DNA of 64,000 bases from IMG/VR virus record IMGVR_UViG_3300048890_000135; one strand, 5' to 3'. The position numbers were made by a program, and so were the translations under genes. The notes under the pieces are model-generated. The model was not told the origin of the DNA. It did no database searches and worked only from the letters and a program-made list of their open reading frames with translations. This DNA is from an uncultured virus (IMG/VR IMGVR_UViG_3300048890_000135). Its lineage: Duplodnaviria > Heunggongvirae > Uroviricota > Caudoviricetes. Shown here in pieces: positions 29,286 through 38,799 of the stretch; the stretch's first letter is position 1, and every line of letters starts with the position of its first letter.

Positions 29286-29550
29286 TAGAATGAAGTTGAT
29301 GCTGGTCTGCAGTGCTTGCCACTCCAGAAAAGTCCCCTGCCGCGGCTGTCACGGGAGCGCCTCTTTTGGACCTTGCGAAAGCTGCGGCCAATCCGATCAG
29401 CGGGTGTCGTGCGGAGGAAGGACGGAGATGGAGGCAAGTCTGCGCTCCATGTATCGTCACACTGCCCGGATCGAATACAGGCGACCACGAAAGAAGTAGT
29501 TCCGGATCGGTGCTTCCGGGTATACTGCAGCTGAAGGTTCGGAGGAAGAC

Positions 29551-29886
29551 ATGCAGCAGAGGATGCCCGTCAACACGAGATTCGCTTCGGAAGGTTTCGG
29601 CGGAAGCAAGTTCACGCCAATGCGTTCGATCGGCGGATCTCTCGGACCGGTTCACCTGGCGCAGGACAACGGCGGTCCCACGCCGACCCCGGCCCCAGCG
29701 CCGGCTCCGGCTCCGGATGTGGTCGTGCGTCCCACCTACATCCTTCCGCCTGCCCAGCCGACGTTCGTGGCTCCTCCTCCGCGCGAGATCGTGGCGGTCG
29801 GCCAGGAAGAGAGCAGCACCGAGAAGACGCTCATCACCGTCGCGGCCGCGATCGGCCTTGTCGCGCTGGGGGCCGTTCTCTTCTAG
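29551..29886 (+). CDS. Pro-rich protein with C-terminal TM anchor (LAQ-motif group)
   Basis: PVHLAQDNGG, PAPAPAP linker, hydrophobic C-terminus; RBS GGAGG. Confidence 0.65.
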   Translation: MQQRMPVNTRFASEGFGGSKFTPMRSIGGSLGPVHLAQDNGGPTPTPAPAPAPAPDVVVRPTYILPPAQPTFVAPPPREIVAVGQEESSTEKTLITVAAAIGLVALGAVLF

Positions 29887-29899
29887 AAAGCCGTCGGCT

Positions 29900-30343
29900 A
29901 TGGCGGATTACTACGAGCTCCTTGGCGTTTCCCGCACGGCCTCCATTGAAGAGATCCGTGCGGCCTACCGGAAGCGCGCAAGGGAATCCCATCCTGACAT
30001 GCATCCGGGAGACGCCGAGGTCGCCCGAAAGTTCTGCGAGATCTCCAGAGCCTACGAAGTCCTGGCGAACTCCGATCAGCGTCAGTCTTATGATGGATCG
30101 GGAGACCATCCAAAACGGAAAGGCCTCTTCGAATCTATCGCCGACGATCTCGAGTCCGCGCTTACCGTATTTTCCCAAGTCGCCAGCTTCTTTGAGGTCC
30201 CCGAACCTAAGAAGCGGAGCGAATGTACGACGTGTGGCGGCACCGGAGAAACTGTGCTTGAACTCGGGCCCCTCACCCTGACGCAGAGCTGTTCGGACTG
30301 TGAGGCCGAAAAGCCTTCTCCAGTGAACGGCGATCGCCCATAA
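29900..30343 (+). CDS. J-domain (DnaJ-like) protein
   Basis: DYYELLGV, HPD motif, AYEVL, CxxCxGxG. Confidence 0.85.
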   Translation: MADYYELLGVSRTASIEEIRAAYRKRARESHPDMHPGDAEVARKFCEISRAYEVLANSDQRQSYDGSGDHPKRKGLFESIADDLESALTVFSQVASFFEVPEPKKRSECTTCGGTGETVLELGPLTLTQSCSDCEAEKPSPVNGDRP

Positions 30344-30350
30344 TAGATCA

Positions 30351-30542
30351 ATGGCCAATTCGAGTCCGACGCTCGGAATCATCCGGAAATGCGCCGCCCG
30401 AGACATCGACAAGAAACGTCCAGGACATCGTTGGTGCCTCTACTCCAAGAAGAAACCTCGCCGGCTGCTTGGGCGTCATCGTTCGAAGGCCAGCGCACGC
30501 CGCCAGGAGACGGCGATCGAGATCGCCAAGCATCGGAGGTAG
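30351..30542 (+). CDS. Small very basic protein
   Basis: K/R-rich 63-aa ORF. Confidence 0.55.
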   Translation: MANSSPTLGIIRKCAARDIDKKRPGHRWCLYSKKKPRRLLGRHRSKASARRQETAIEIAKHRR

Positions 30543-30545
30543 CCC

Positions 30546-30827
30546 ATGGCCGACAAGGCAAACTTCGTCGAGCAGACGGTCATCGTCAAGAAGGGCCACC
30601 CCAATGCCCCGAACCGGAAGGCGGCGATGAAGGTCGCCCAGTACCATACCGGACGGGCCTCGAAGACCATCCGGGAGACGGGCACCTCCTACCGGATCCG
30701 CCAGCGTCCCCCCGGCTGCTTTGTCCCAGGAACTTTCCGGACGAAGTGTCGCGGGAAGAAGAAGATGGTCTGCGTGACCTTCGGGCATCTCAAGTCTAGC
30801 GCAAGGGACCGGAAGTCCTGCCGATGA
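30546..30827 (+). CDS. Small very basic protein
   Basis: RBS GGAGG; K/R-rich. Confidence 0.6.
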   Translation: MADKANFVEQTVIVKKGHPNAPNRKAAMKVAQYHTGRASKTIRETGTSYRIRQRPPGCFVPGTFRTKCRGKKKMVCVTFGHLKSSARDRKSCR

Positions 30828-31699
30828 GTCACGATCCTTACGACTTGTCCCACGTTCCCCCGGAAACCAAGACCCGAGCTCGGCATCTACTCCAGGACGC
30901 CAGCAGGAACATGATGCTCTGCGGAGAATCCGGAGTCGTCATGGGCTGGTGGATCGAGAGCCATACGCTCGGATGTCGAAACGCCGCCGACGAAGCCGAG
31001 GAAAGCTGGTGGGCGTCCCACTGGAAGATCCTCAGTGAGTACGAGAACGATGGCGTCTCCCGAATCATGGCCGACGAGGCGAGTGGAGCCTTCGTTACGA
31101 TGACCCCGACCAGGAAATCGGCGTCGATGGGCGCGACCCGGCAGCGGCGCGTGAAGCCAAATAAGATGAAGCTTGCTCAGGCCGAGCGCCTGGCGGCCCG
31201 GATCGAGAAGACTCTCGCGCCCTATTCCGATTTTATCCTGGTCGTCGGATCGGTTCGCCGGAAAGCCAAAACGGTCGGCGACATCGAGCTCGTGGTCCTT
31301 CCAAAGGATCTCGAGGAGTTCCTTAAGATCCTGGAAGAGGAGGGATTCCGCGGCGGGACCAGGAAACAGGTAGGGGCCGTCCGTGGAATGCCGGTTGAGA
31401 TCTATCTCGCGCACGATCCCAAGGAGATCGGCGGTCTCGTCTTCATGTACACCGGAGACTTCACTTTCAACATCGCCATGAGGAGAAAGGCCAAGAGGCG
31501 GGGCCTCAAGCTCAACCAGTACGGCATCTGGAAGGGAGCAAAGCCTGTTCTTCAGAGCGACGATGAGGTAGACTTCTTTGAATTCCTCGACGTTCGGTAT
31601 CACGAGCCCGAGGAGCGGAGTCTGGCTACCCGGGGAAAAGCGAAAAAAGCAAAGATGGGCGATGGATCGGATCGGTTCTGGGACGATGAGGAGGAGTAG
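30824..31699 (+). CDS. polX: Minimal family X DNA polymerase-like protein (palm+thumb)
   Basis: VGSVRR..TVGDIE, YTGDFTFNIAMR, GLKLNQYGIW, EPEER. Confidence 0.75.
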   Translation: MSHDPYDLSHVPPETKTRARHLLQDASRNMMLCGESGVVMGWWIESHTLGCRNAADEAEESWWASHWKILSEYENDGVSRIMADEASGAFVTMTPTRKSASMGATRQRRVKPNKMKLAQAERLAARIEKTLAPYSDFILVVGSVRRKAKTVGDIELVVLPKDLEEFLKILEEEGFRGGTRKQVGAVRGMPVEIYLAHDPKEIGGLVFMYTGDFTFNIAMRRKAKRRGLKLNQYGIWKGAKPVLQSDDEVDFFEFLDVRYHEPEERSLATRGKAKKAKMGDGSDRFWDDEEE

Positions 31700-31702
31700 A
31701 AC

Positions 31703-32191
31703 GTGAGAAGCATGTTCACCGCGACCTTCAGTCCCCGGTATTCCTCCACCATCCATCCTGGTCCGGTGGCGCTTCGCGGCGTCAACGACCGTGGGAACAT
31801 TGACTGGTGGATGTACCAGCAGACCTTCATCCCGGAGCTCTTCTTCGCCAGGCCTCGAGTCCGCCGCGCCACGCTCGGCGTCGGGAAGCCGGTCCCAGCT
31901 GGAATCTGCTGTCAGGCCACCAAGGACGGCGGCGCGATCTGCTCGACCGGCCAAGGGTTTCCGCCCGACTGCCCCAACAAGCCAGAGCCGAACGTCCCAG
32001 GCGTCGCGGAGTACATCACGCAGGGCGGCTACATCGTCCCGAAGCCGCCGCCGGCGCCGGTGAACAACGTCTGTGCGACGCCTCAGGCGGCAACGCCCGT
32101 CGAGAAGAAAGAAGAAGGCGGTGGGATCCCGCCGCTTCTCGGGATCGGCGCGGTCGCCGCAGTCATCTACACGCTCTCGGAGGTCTTGTGA
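31703..32191 (+). CDS. Pro/Cys-rich protein with C-terminal TM anchor
   Basis: Ends LLGIGAVAAVIYTL; RBS GGAGGAG. Confidence 0.6.
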   Translation: MRSMFTATFSPRYSSTIHPGPVALRGVNDRGNIDWWMYQQTFIPELFFARPRVRRATLGVGKPVPAGICCQATKDGGAICSTGQGFPPDCPNKPEPNVPGVAEYITQGGYIVPKPPPAPVNNVCATPQAATPVEKKEEGGGIPPLLGIGAVAAVIYTLSEVL

Positions 32192-32406
32192 TCCCGCCCA
32201 TCGACGCGCGCCGCGATCCATGGGCGCCGAAGTTTCTGGGTGAAGTGCGGCTTTCCCAGGGCGCAGTGACCATGGTTCCGGCGATCCCCTTCGGGGCAAA
32301 CGCGCTCGTCCTCGGCCCGTCTTCGTGGCCCTTTGGGGCTCCCAACGCGATCCCGATTCCGGTACAATGGCCTCGGACGGTCCGACCCGGAAGGCCAGAG
32401 TGGTAG
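32188..32406 (+). CDS. Small Pro-rich hypothetical protein
   Basis: RBS GGAGG; GTGA coupling. Confidence 0.5.
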   Translation: MIPPIDARRDPWAPKFLGEVRLSQGAVTMVPAIPFGANALVLGPSSWPFGAPNAIPIPVQWPRTVRPGRPEW

Positions 32407-32420
32407 GCACGGAGAAAGAG

Positions 32421-32672
32421 ATGGACAACGAAGGAAAGCTCATGACGGGCGTCGTCCGAAAATTCGACGACACCAAGGGATATGGATTCATCCGTGTCGA
32501 GGGCATCACGGAGGACATCTTCGTCCATCACCAGTCGATCAAGATGGACGGTTTCCGGACTCTCGCCATCGGCGACACCGTCCAGTTCCGGATCTCGCGC
32601 GGGGAGAGGGGATGGAAAGCCGGAGACGTGGTCAAGGTCTCCTCTTCTCAGTCCCAACCGGCAAAGTCGTAA
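32421..32672 (+). CDS. Cold-shock domain protein
   Basis: KGYGFI (RNP1), DIFVHH (RNP2), GFRTL. Confidence 0.9.
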   Translation: MDNEGKLMTGVVRKFDDTKGYGFIRVEGITEDIFVHHQSIKMDGFRTLAIGDTVQFRISRGERGWKAGDVVKVSSSQSQPAKS

Positions 32673-32688
32673 AGCGCCGTCATTTCGT

Positions 32689-32717
32689 TTGACGTCCTCC
32701 TGTATACCGCGTATACT
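32689..32717 (+). promoter_or_regulatory. Promoter with GTATAC-N3-GTATAC operator (copy 6), upstream of thyX
   Basis: TTGACG 32689-32694, 17 nt, TATACT 32712-32717; GTATAC at 32702 and 32711. Confidence 0.8.
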
Positions 32718-32741
32718 CCCAAGTATTCAGGAGGCCATTCG

Positions 32742-33824
32742 ATGCAATCCCGCTACGGAACCGCCGCCTATCTCGTCTGGGACGGCGGCGATGAAGTTCG
32801 TATCCCGGACGTGATGGGCAAGCCAGCCGAGAACCAGATGCAGGGAACCCCCGGAGAGCGCCTTTCGGAACTCGCCGGCCGTGTCTGTTACGACTCGCTT
32901 GGGAAGGGTCGGTCGAGTCCGGACTACCACACGCACATCAAGGAAGTCGGTCACGGATCCGTCTACGAGCACGTTCACATGACCGTGTTCCTGACCTGGA
33001 ATATGAGGGAGCCTTTCGCGATCGCGGTGTTCCTGAATCGTCCGGGCGTCTGGATCCGCATGGTGAACGAGGGAATCCGGGTCACCTTCAACCCGAGAGT
33101 AGTCCTCGACTGGGAAGCCTTCGGATCCCCCTTCGCGCTCGAGCGGGACATCTTGCATCACCATGCGTCCCAGGCGTGGCCCATGATCATTTCCCCGCGC
33201 CAGATCCCGCGAGAGAGAGCGGACTTCATCAAGAACATGACCAAGGTTGTGGAGCCCGATCATGACGAGGAGCGCTGGGTTACGCTCTTCGTCTCCGGGA
33301 GCCGGGGGTTCTCCCACGAGCTCGTCCGGCACGGTGATTTTACGGCGATCAGCCAGAGGTCCACGAGGTTCGTGGACGAGGATGGATCTCCGTGGATCGA
33401 CCATCCTCTGGTCATGGAGTTCATGAAGGAGGCTTCCGATCTTGAGCGGGAAGAGGTTGCGCTTGAGATCGGCGACGTGAAGATGGTCGCCAGGAAGGTC
33501 TACGCCGATCTATCCGAACGACTGCAGAAATGGCTGATCGAGAAGAAGAACGTCGACAAGTTCACGGCCCGGAAGCAGGCTCGCGGCGCCGCGCGCGGGT
33601 ACCTGGGGAACGCACTCGAAACTGAGGTGATTTTCTCTGCTTCCATCGCGCAATGGAAGCGCATGCTCAAGCTCCGGGCTTGCGACCCCGCCGACGCGGA
33701 GATCCGCTCGGTCTTTATCGAGGCCTTCCACGAGCTCCGGAAATCCCGTTATGCCGACTGCTTCTCTTCCTGGGAGAGGAAAGCCGCCAAAGATGGGATC
33801 GGAGAGACGGTGGTAGCGTCCTAG
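32742..33824 (+). CDS. thyX: FAD-dependent thymidylate synthase
   Basis: AGRVCYDS, GHGSVYEH, SRGFSHELVRH, SQRSTRFV, AEIR. Confidence 0.85.
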   Translation: MQSRYGTAAYLVWDGGDEVRIPDVMGKPAENQMQGTPGERLSELAGRVCYDSLGKGRSSPDYHTHIKEVGHGSVYEHVHMTVFLTWNMREPFAIAVFLNRPGVWIRMVNEGIRVTFNPRVVLDWEAFGSPFALERDILHHHASQAWPMIISPRQIPRERADFIKNMTKVVEPDHDEERWVTLFVSGSRGFSHELVRHGDFTAISQRSTRFVDEDGSPWIDHPLVMEFMKEASDLEREEVALEIGDVKMVARKVYADLSERLQKWLIEKKNVDKFTARKQARGAARGYLGNALETEVIFSASIAQWKRMLKLRACDPADAEIRSVFIEAFHELRKSRYADCFSSWERKAAKDGIGETVVAS

Positions 33825-33862
33825 CGCGTTCATGGATAGGATGATCGAACAACGGTGAAAAA

Positions 33863-34261
33863 ATGAGCATGACCCGCAAGCAGGCGATCGAGGCGATGGT
33901 CGGTCGTCACCGCGAAGCCCTGGCAAAGTCGAAGAACTTCCGCTGCTGCTGCTGCGACGGGATCTTCCCGTCGACCGAGGCGTCCCATGTCGCGGCCTAC
34001 GAAGCGTCGAACTCCGTCATGCAGCGGCTCGTCCCCGGCGAGAACATCGCCACCTACGTCATCTGCAAGGAATGCGCCCGGATGCCCGAGAAGACGACGC
34101 TTCTCAAGGTCGAGCAGAATCTCGTCAAGAACGGGCTTCTCCGGACGGACCTCAAGCGCCTGAGCGATCCCGGGGGACACTCGCCCGGACATCAGCCGCA
34201 CAAGCACGGACCCAACTGCAGCCACGGGAAAAGCGGGGAGATCTTTCCGGGGAGAGGATAA
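33863..34261 (+). CDS. Hypothetical protein (Cys/His-rich)
   Basis: CCCCD, CKEC, HKHGPNCSH. Confidence 0.6.
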   Translation: MSMTRKQAIEAMVGRHREALAKSKNFRCCCCDGIFPSTEASHVAAYEASNSVMQRLVPGENIATYVICKECARMPEKTTLLKVEQNLVKNGLLRTDLKRLSDPGGHSPGHQPHKHGPNCSHGKSGEIFPGRG

Positions 34262-34498
34262 ATGACGATCCGGGAGAGGGCGGAGAGGTACGCGCAGCGG
34301 ATCAGCGCGCAACCAGATCAGGCGGCGTCGATCCTCGAAGAGGCCCTGCGAGAAGAGCTGAAGGATGTAGCCTCGACGCTTTCGGCGTCGGCGACACACA
34401 AGGAGAAGATGTACCGGGAACTTGGCCTGAACGGCGCCGACCAGGCGCGCCCCTATCACGAAATTTCGGAAGCTGTTCGAAGGAGATCTGAACTGTGA
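34262..34498 (+). CDS. Hypothetical protein
   Basis: Abuts upstream stop; RBS GAGGA. Confidence 0.6.
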   Translation: MTIRERAERYAQRISAQPDQAASILEEALREELKDVASTLSASATHKEKMYRELGLNGADQARPYHEISEAVRRRSEL

Positions 34499-34911
34499 GC
34501 CAGGAAGCAGCCGAGGCCAAACTTGTCCAGAAGACGGTTTCCATCCTTCGGATGGCCCGTCATGTGATCGAAAAGCTTCACGACGAGAATGAGAAAGGGT
34601 TCCAGGAAGAGCCCAGCTTGAGCGACTTGGTTCTGGTCGCCCAGATCATCGGGCAGACTTCGACCATCGACCGCCTGGGAGAGATGGGAGGGCAGGGAGA
34701 CGCCCCTCCAGGCGCGGAAAGTCCCGCGCCAACCGTCATCTCCGGAGAGATCCAACTTCCTGATCTCTTTGTCATGTGGACCCCGGAGGGGTGGTATGTG
34801 AATGCCAATCCGGATTTCCAGATCCAGTCTCAGCACTGCCGGACCAAGGAGGAGCTTTCGTCAATTTTGCAGCAGCTGGCGGAAGTGTGCGCCAGCCATC
34901 GTATTTCTTGA
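34495..34911 (+). CDS. Hypothetical protein
   Basis: RBS AAGGAG; GTGA coupling. Confidence 0.6.
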   Translation: MSQEAAEAKLVQKTVSILRMARHVIEKLHDENEKGFQEEPSLSDLVLVAQIIGQTSTIDRLGEMGGQGDAPPGAESPAPTVISGEIQLPDLFVMWTPEGWYVNANPDFQIQSQHCRTKEELSSILQQLAEVCASHRIS

Positions 34912-34931
34912 AGAACGATCAGGAGATTTTC

Positions 34932-35333
34932 ATGGCCGACGAAGAGAAGAAGGACGAGAAGAAGCAGGAGCTCGCCAAGGTCGACGAGCAGTCGAAGTCT
35001 GGAGGCCTGACCCTGGATCAGGTGATGTCGCATCCGGCGGTCCAGCAGCTCAGCCAGCGGCTCGAGGAGACCAAGCAGCTCCTCCAGAGCCTTCCGGAGG
35101 CGATCGGCCGGGCCGTCGCCGAGGCTCAGCGCGCTGGCAGGGTCCCGCTCGTCTCTGGGCCGGCGGTCGAGCTGCGTCCGTCCGGAAACGGATCGGTCGA
35201 GTTCCACCGAAAGGGAAGGATCATCGAGAACGGAAAGGAGATCGTTCCGGAAGGTATGAGGGCTGAGGGAACGGTCGAGCAGGATCTCGAGGACATCCGC
35301 AGGAAGGCTCCACCCCGGAAGCTTAAGAGGTAG
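34932..35333 (+). CDS. Hypothetical protein
   Basis: RBS AGGAG. Confidence 0.65.
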   Translation: MADEEKKDEKKQELAKVDEQSKSGGLTLDQVMSHPAVQQLSQRLEETKQLLQSLPEAIGRAVAEAQRAGRVPLVSGPAVELRPSGNGSVEFHRKGRIIENGKEIVPEGMRAEGTVEQDLEDIRRKAPPRKLKR

Positions 35334-35363
35334 TAGAACCAAGAAACCGACCGGAGAAGCGGC

Positions 35364-36050
35364 ATGAACATCGAGCAGGTTTCCCAGGCGGCGATGGAGT
35401 TCGGGAACGAGGCTGGAGAACGTCTTCAGTCGCTTCTAGGCCGGGTTCCAGATCCCCAGGAGTTCATGACCTTCTACGCGATGTCCTGCGCGACGATCTG
35501 CGGAAACGCGCTTTCGGAGATCGTCACGGCCGCCGGAAAAGAGACCGGAGCCCAGTGGCTTTCCGAGGTTCTCGGAATGGTCCAGCTGACGGCTCGCCGG
35601 AATGGCGCGGACATCGTCCTTGCTGGAGGCGTCACCCTCAAGACGGTTCCGTCGACAATGAGCAAGCAGCAGGCCGCTCAAAAGCCTCCTCCGCCCGCGC
35701 TCGAGACGAACGTCTGCCAGTGCGAGATCTCGGGAGGAACCTGCCATTCCTGTGAAAGGGAGCTCGACCGTTCGATCGACCGCTTCACGGGTCTCATCCG
35801 AAGCGCGATCGACATCTCGAAGGATGGGGAACGTTCAAAGATCTGCAAGGTTTGTAAGATCAAGCTCGTCGACGCGGTTCTGGCGCGTTCGATCCGGAAG
35901 AATGCCTCCGGGTTCGGAGACCGTCTCCCCGCGGCCATCGAGATCTTCATGGCGGTCGTCGTGCCTCAGATCAAGATGATCATGCCGGAAGTGTCCTGGG
36001 AAGATACCTTGAAGGCCGTTGGTGAAGCGGCGTCTTCGATCAAGAGATAG
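35364..36050 (+). CDS. Hypothetical protein
   Basis: RBS GGAG; Cys pairs. Confidence 0.6.
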   Translation: MNIEQVSQAAMEFGNEAGERLQSLLGRVPDPQEFMTFYAMSCATICGNALSEIVTAAGKETGAQWLSEVLGMVQLTARRNGADIVLAGGVTLKTVPSTMSKQQAAQKPPPPALETNVCQCEISGGTCHSCERELDRSIDRFTGLIRSAIDISKDGERSKICKVCKIKLVDAVLARSIRKNASGFGDRLPAAIEIFMAVVVPQIKMIMPEVSWEDTLKAVGEAASSIKR

Positions 36051-36289
36051 CTCATCTCTTTCTATGATCCTCAGGAAGATCCTTCCCTCGAACCGCCCGG
36101 CCGCGCGACGCAGGTCGGGGAGGTGCCGATGCAAGAAGGTCCACCTGGGACTGGTGAAGCTTCGTCCTCGCATCGCCCATTGTCAGGATTGCGGTGGGGT
36201 GGTTAGAATCTATCCAAAGCATCGGATTTCGTGCCCGTGCTGGAGATGCCGGGAATGGAACGGGATCCGGATGTCTGGGAGGTAGAACC

Positions 36290-36457
36290 ATGCCCGACCG
36301 AACGATCACTTGCAGGGATTGCGGCCAGGAGTTCAAGTTCTCAGAAAAGGACCAGGAGCTCTTCACCAAGAATGGCTGGAAGGATCCGTTCCGCTGCCGC
36401 CCCTGCAGGAACCTCGCCAAGCAGCGTCGCCCCAAACAGGATCAGCAGACCGGATGA
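36290..36457 (+). CDS. Zinc-ribbon protein (zf-trcl-like)
   Basis: DRTITCRDCGQEFKFSEKDQELF...PFRCRPCR. Confidence 0.75.
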   Translation: MPDRTITCRDCGQEFKFSEKDQELFTKNGWKDPFRCRPCRNLAKQRRPKQDQQTG

Positions 36458-36750
36458 CCACCGAGCTTCGGCAGAGCCTCTATACGATCCTGAATCAGCT
36501 TGCGATCTCCAATCCCAAGCTTGTTCTCATGCAGGGACGGCAATATTTCCGGATCGAGGATCTCATTCGCTGGGCAAGGAAGGATTTTCTGAAGGGGACC
36601 TCCAAGGATCGAGCGCTCCTTTCTGAACCTATCTACTGGACCGAGTACGACGTTCGCGGTAAACTGCTCCTGAAGGGTGTCACCAGGAATGGAGACGAGC
36701 TTGTCGCATTCGTTGAGCCCGGCTCAGACGTACAGGCCTCCCAGATTTGA
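36454..36750 (+). CDS. Hypothetical protein
   Basis: ATGA coupling. Confidence 0.55.
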   Translation: MTTELRQSLYTILNQLAISNPKLVLMQGRQYFRIEDLIRWARKDFLKGTSKDRALLSEPIYWTEYDVRGKLLLKGVTRNGDELVAFVEPGSDVQASQI

Positions 36751-36939
36751 GGGGGCTCGTCACTCCTGCGGCTGTTCCGCGAAGTCCGTCGTTCGTCTGC
36801 AGAGCGCTTCCGGAGACCTTCGCTCCCTTTCCGCTGATGGGGCTCCACAAACGGACGCCCTAGACACCGTGATCAACATCGCTCTGATCGGTGGCGCCGT
36901 CTACCTCGTCTACAAGATCTTCTTCGACTAGAGGGCATC

Positions 36940-37143
36940 GTGGGCCCCGGCGCGTGGATCCTGGTGGGCCTGGCCACTCTTGTGGGTCTTCTGACTTTCG
37001 CGATCCGGTACGCTGACCGGGCGATCCGGGAAGGGCGCCCTGGATGGACGTCTCCTCCGGAAGAAGAAGACCACGGCGTCTCGTGCCCCCACGCCGTCGG
37101 ACACAAGGGACCTGAAGGAGAACCGGGACGGAGGGAACCATGA
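36940..37143 (+). CDS. Small membrane protein
   Basis: N-terminal TM helix. Confidence 0.5.
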   Translation: MGPGAWILVGLATLVGLLTFAIRYADRAIREGRPGWTSPPEEEDHGVSCPHAVGHKGPEGEPGRREP

Positions 37144-37667
37144 GCTGGAAAGTTGAAGTGATCGCCGACGCCAGCGGAGAATGGGTCGGGAATGCTCTTC
37201 GATTTCCGACCAAGGAAAAAGCCGAAGAGTATGGCGCCGACCTGGCCATGCGCTGGATCCTTGTTCGCGACTGGCGCGCGGTCGAATCAGATGATCCGGT
37301 GATGTACTACGAAGGGGGAAAACAGATCGGCCCGGAACTCGGCATCTCCGAGCCTCGCCGGCGCTACATGACCGCGGCCCAGGAGAAGGCTGAAGACAAG
37401 AAGATCGACTACCAGCTCGCCGACAACTTCTCCCAAGGGGAGAAAGTAATCGTCGACAAGGCCTGGAAGAGGCACTGGACCTTCAAGGAAGCTCCAGCGC
37501 CGACGAAACATCTCTGGTCGAAACTATTCACCGAAGTAGGCGTCGTGAGCGGCACCGACAACTACGGGAACGTCTACGTCATGGACCGCTATGATCAGGT
37601 TCACGGGCGTGAAGGGTTTCCGGTCCCAGCGCGCTTTGTGAAGCACGTCGGCCCGGAGACCAACTAG
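37140..37667 (+). CDS. Hypothetical protein
   Basis: RBS GGAGG; ATGA coupling. Confidence 0.6.
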   Translation: MSWKVEVIADASGEWVGNALRFPTKEKAEEYGADLAMRWILVRDWRAVESDDPVMYYEGGKQIGPELGISEPRRRYMTAAQEKAEDKKIDYQLADNFSQGEKVIVDKAWKRHWTFKEAPAPTKHLWSKLFTEVGVVSGTDNYGNVYVMDRYDQVHGREGFPVPARFVKHVGPETN

Positions 37668-38228
37668 GTGAAGCTTTACACCTACATCACGAAGCGGAGC
37701 CTTCCTCTTGTAGCTGCAAAGGGCCTGGCGGAGAACTTTCCGCTCTTTGGATCTCTCCCATCCGCAGCTGAAATCGCCGAGAAGAGCTCGGCAGTCGTTC
37801 TGGAGGTGGACGTAGACGGCCTCGAGGACGATCTCATACTGAGCGACGAGTTCGTCGAGCATGTTGCCGCCGACGTTCAGCAGGAGATTCTTCACGATCC
37901 GGAGCGTCAGGAGGGGGCGGTCACCGAAGAGGAGGCAAAAAAGGCTTACGAAGAGATCTACGAAACGGCCGACAATCTCTCGAGCGTCCAGGAGATGATC
38001 GAGAAGTTCGGGGTAGTCGAAAGCATTGAGCCTATCGAATCTTCCCGCATTGTGGTTCTTGGAATTCCCGAAGTCCGATATCCCGAGGACCCTGAAGCTG
38101 AGGCTGAGGTTTCTTTCAAGGAATCTCCAAAGCCCGTAAAAGCCTACAAGCGGCCAATCTTTGCCCAGCTTCTGAGATCCATTTTCCTTCCAAAGCACAA
38201 GATGTACGGCGCCTCGAGCGGGCCATAA
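37668..38228 (+). CDS. Acidic hypothetical protein
   Basis: Abuts upstream stop. Confidence 0.6.
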   Translation: MKLYTYITKRSLPLVAAKGLAENFPLFGSLPSAAEIAEKSSAVVLEVDVDGLEDDLILSDEFVEHVAADVQQEILHDPERQEGAVTEEEAKKAYEEIYETADNLSSVQEMIEKFGVVESIEPIESSRIVVLGIPEVRYPEDPEAEAEVSFKESPKPVKAYKRPIFAQLLRSIFLPKHKMYGASSGP

Positions 38229-38232
38229 TGCA

Positions 38233-38790
38233 ATGCCGAAGGAAGAGTCCGTCGTCCTGGTCACGGTCCCAAACAAGCTGATGAGCGCTCTGCGCGCCTA
38301 CTGGACGACGATGGATCTTGATCGGGGGCCGAGAGCCACGCACTTCTGGGATCTCCGATACGGCGCCGTCAACCGCTGGAAGTCCGACGATTCGTGGCCG
38401 CCTCATATCCACTACACTCTCATGTTCCGGCGTGGAGACAACTTGGACGATATCGAGCACGTCGAAAAGCACGGCGCGTTCCCATCGGATCCGAAGACCT
38501 GGAAGATCGTCTTCAGCAAGGGGACCTTTCCGGAGAGCTTCAATACGGAGTTCGACGAGTGGATTACCAGGAACAGGAAGAAGATTTCCGAGATCGAAGA
38601 GAAGAAGGGGCCGAAGGAGGGGTGGGCCTACGTCGAGAAACACGGACCTCCGCAGTATCTCCCAAACCCGGAGAACTGGACGCCGGAGCAGGCCGCTAAG
38701 GAACTCAACGAAACGATTCCGAAGGCGATCGAGCTTTTCGAGAGCGAGAGGCTCCCGATCGACTGGAAGCCCAAGGGATTCATTTTGTAG
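38233..38790 (+). CDS. Hypothetical protein
   Basis: 185-aa coding-like frame. Confidence 0.6.
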   Translation: MPKEESVVLVTVPNKLMSALRAYWTTMDLDRGPRATHFWDLRYGAVNRWKSDDSWPPHIHYTLMFRRGDNLDDIEHVEKHGAFPSDPKTWKIVFSKGTFPESFNTEFDEWITRNRKKISEIEEKKGPKEGWAYVEKHGPPQYLPNPENWTPEQAAKELNETIPKAIELFESERLPIDWKPKGFIL

Positions 38791-38799
38791 GGGCGGGGA

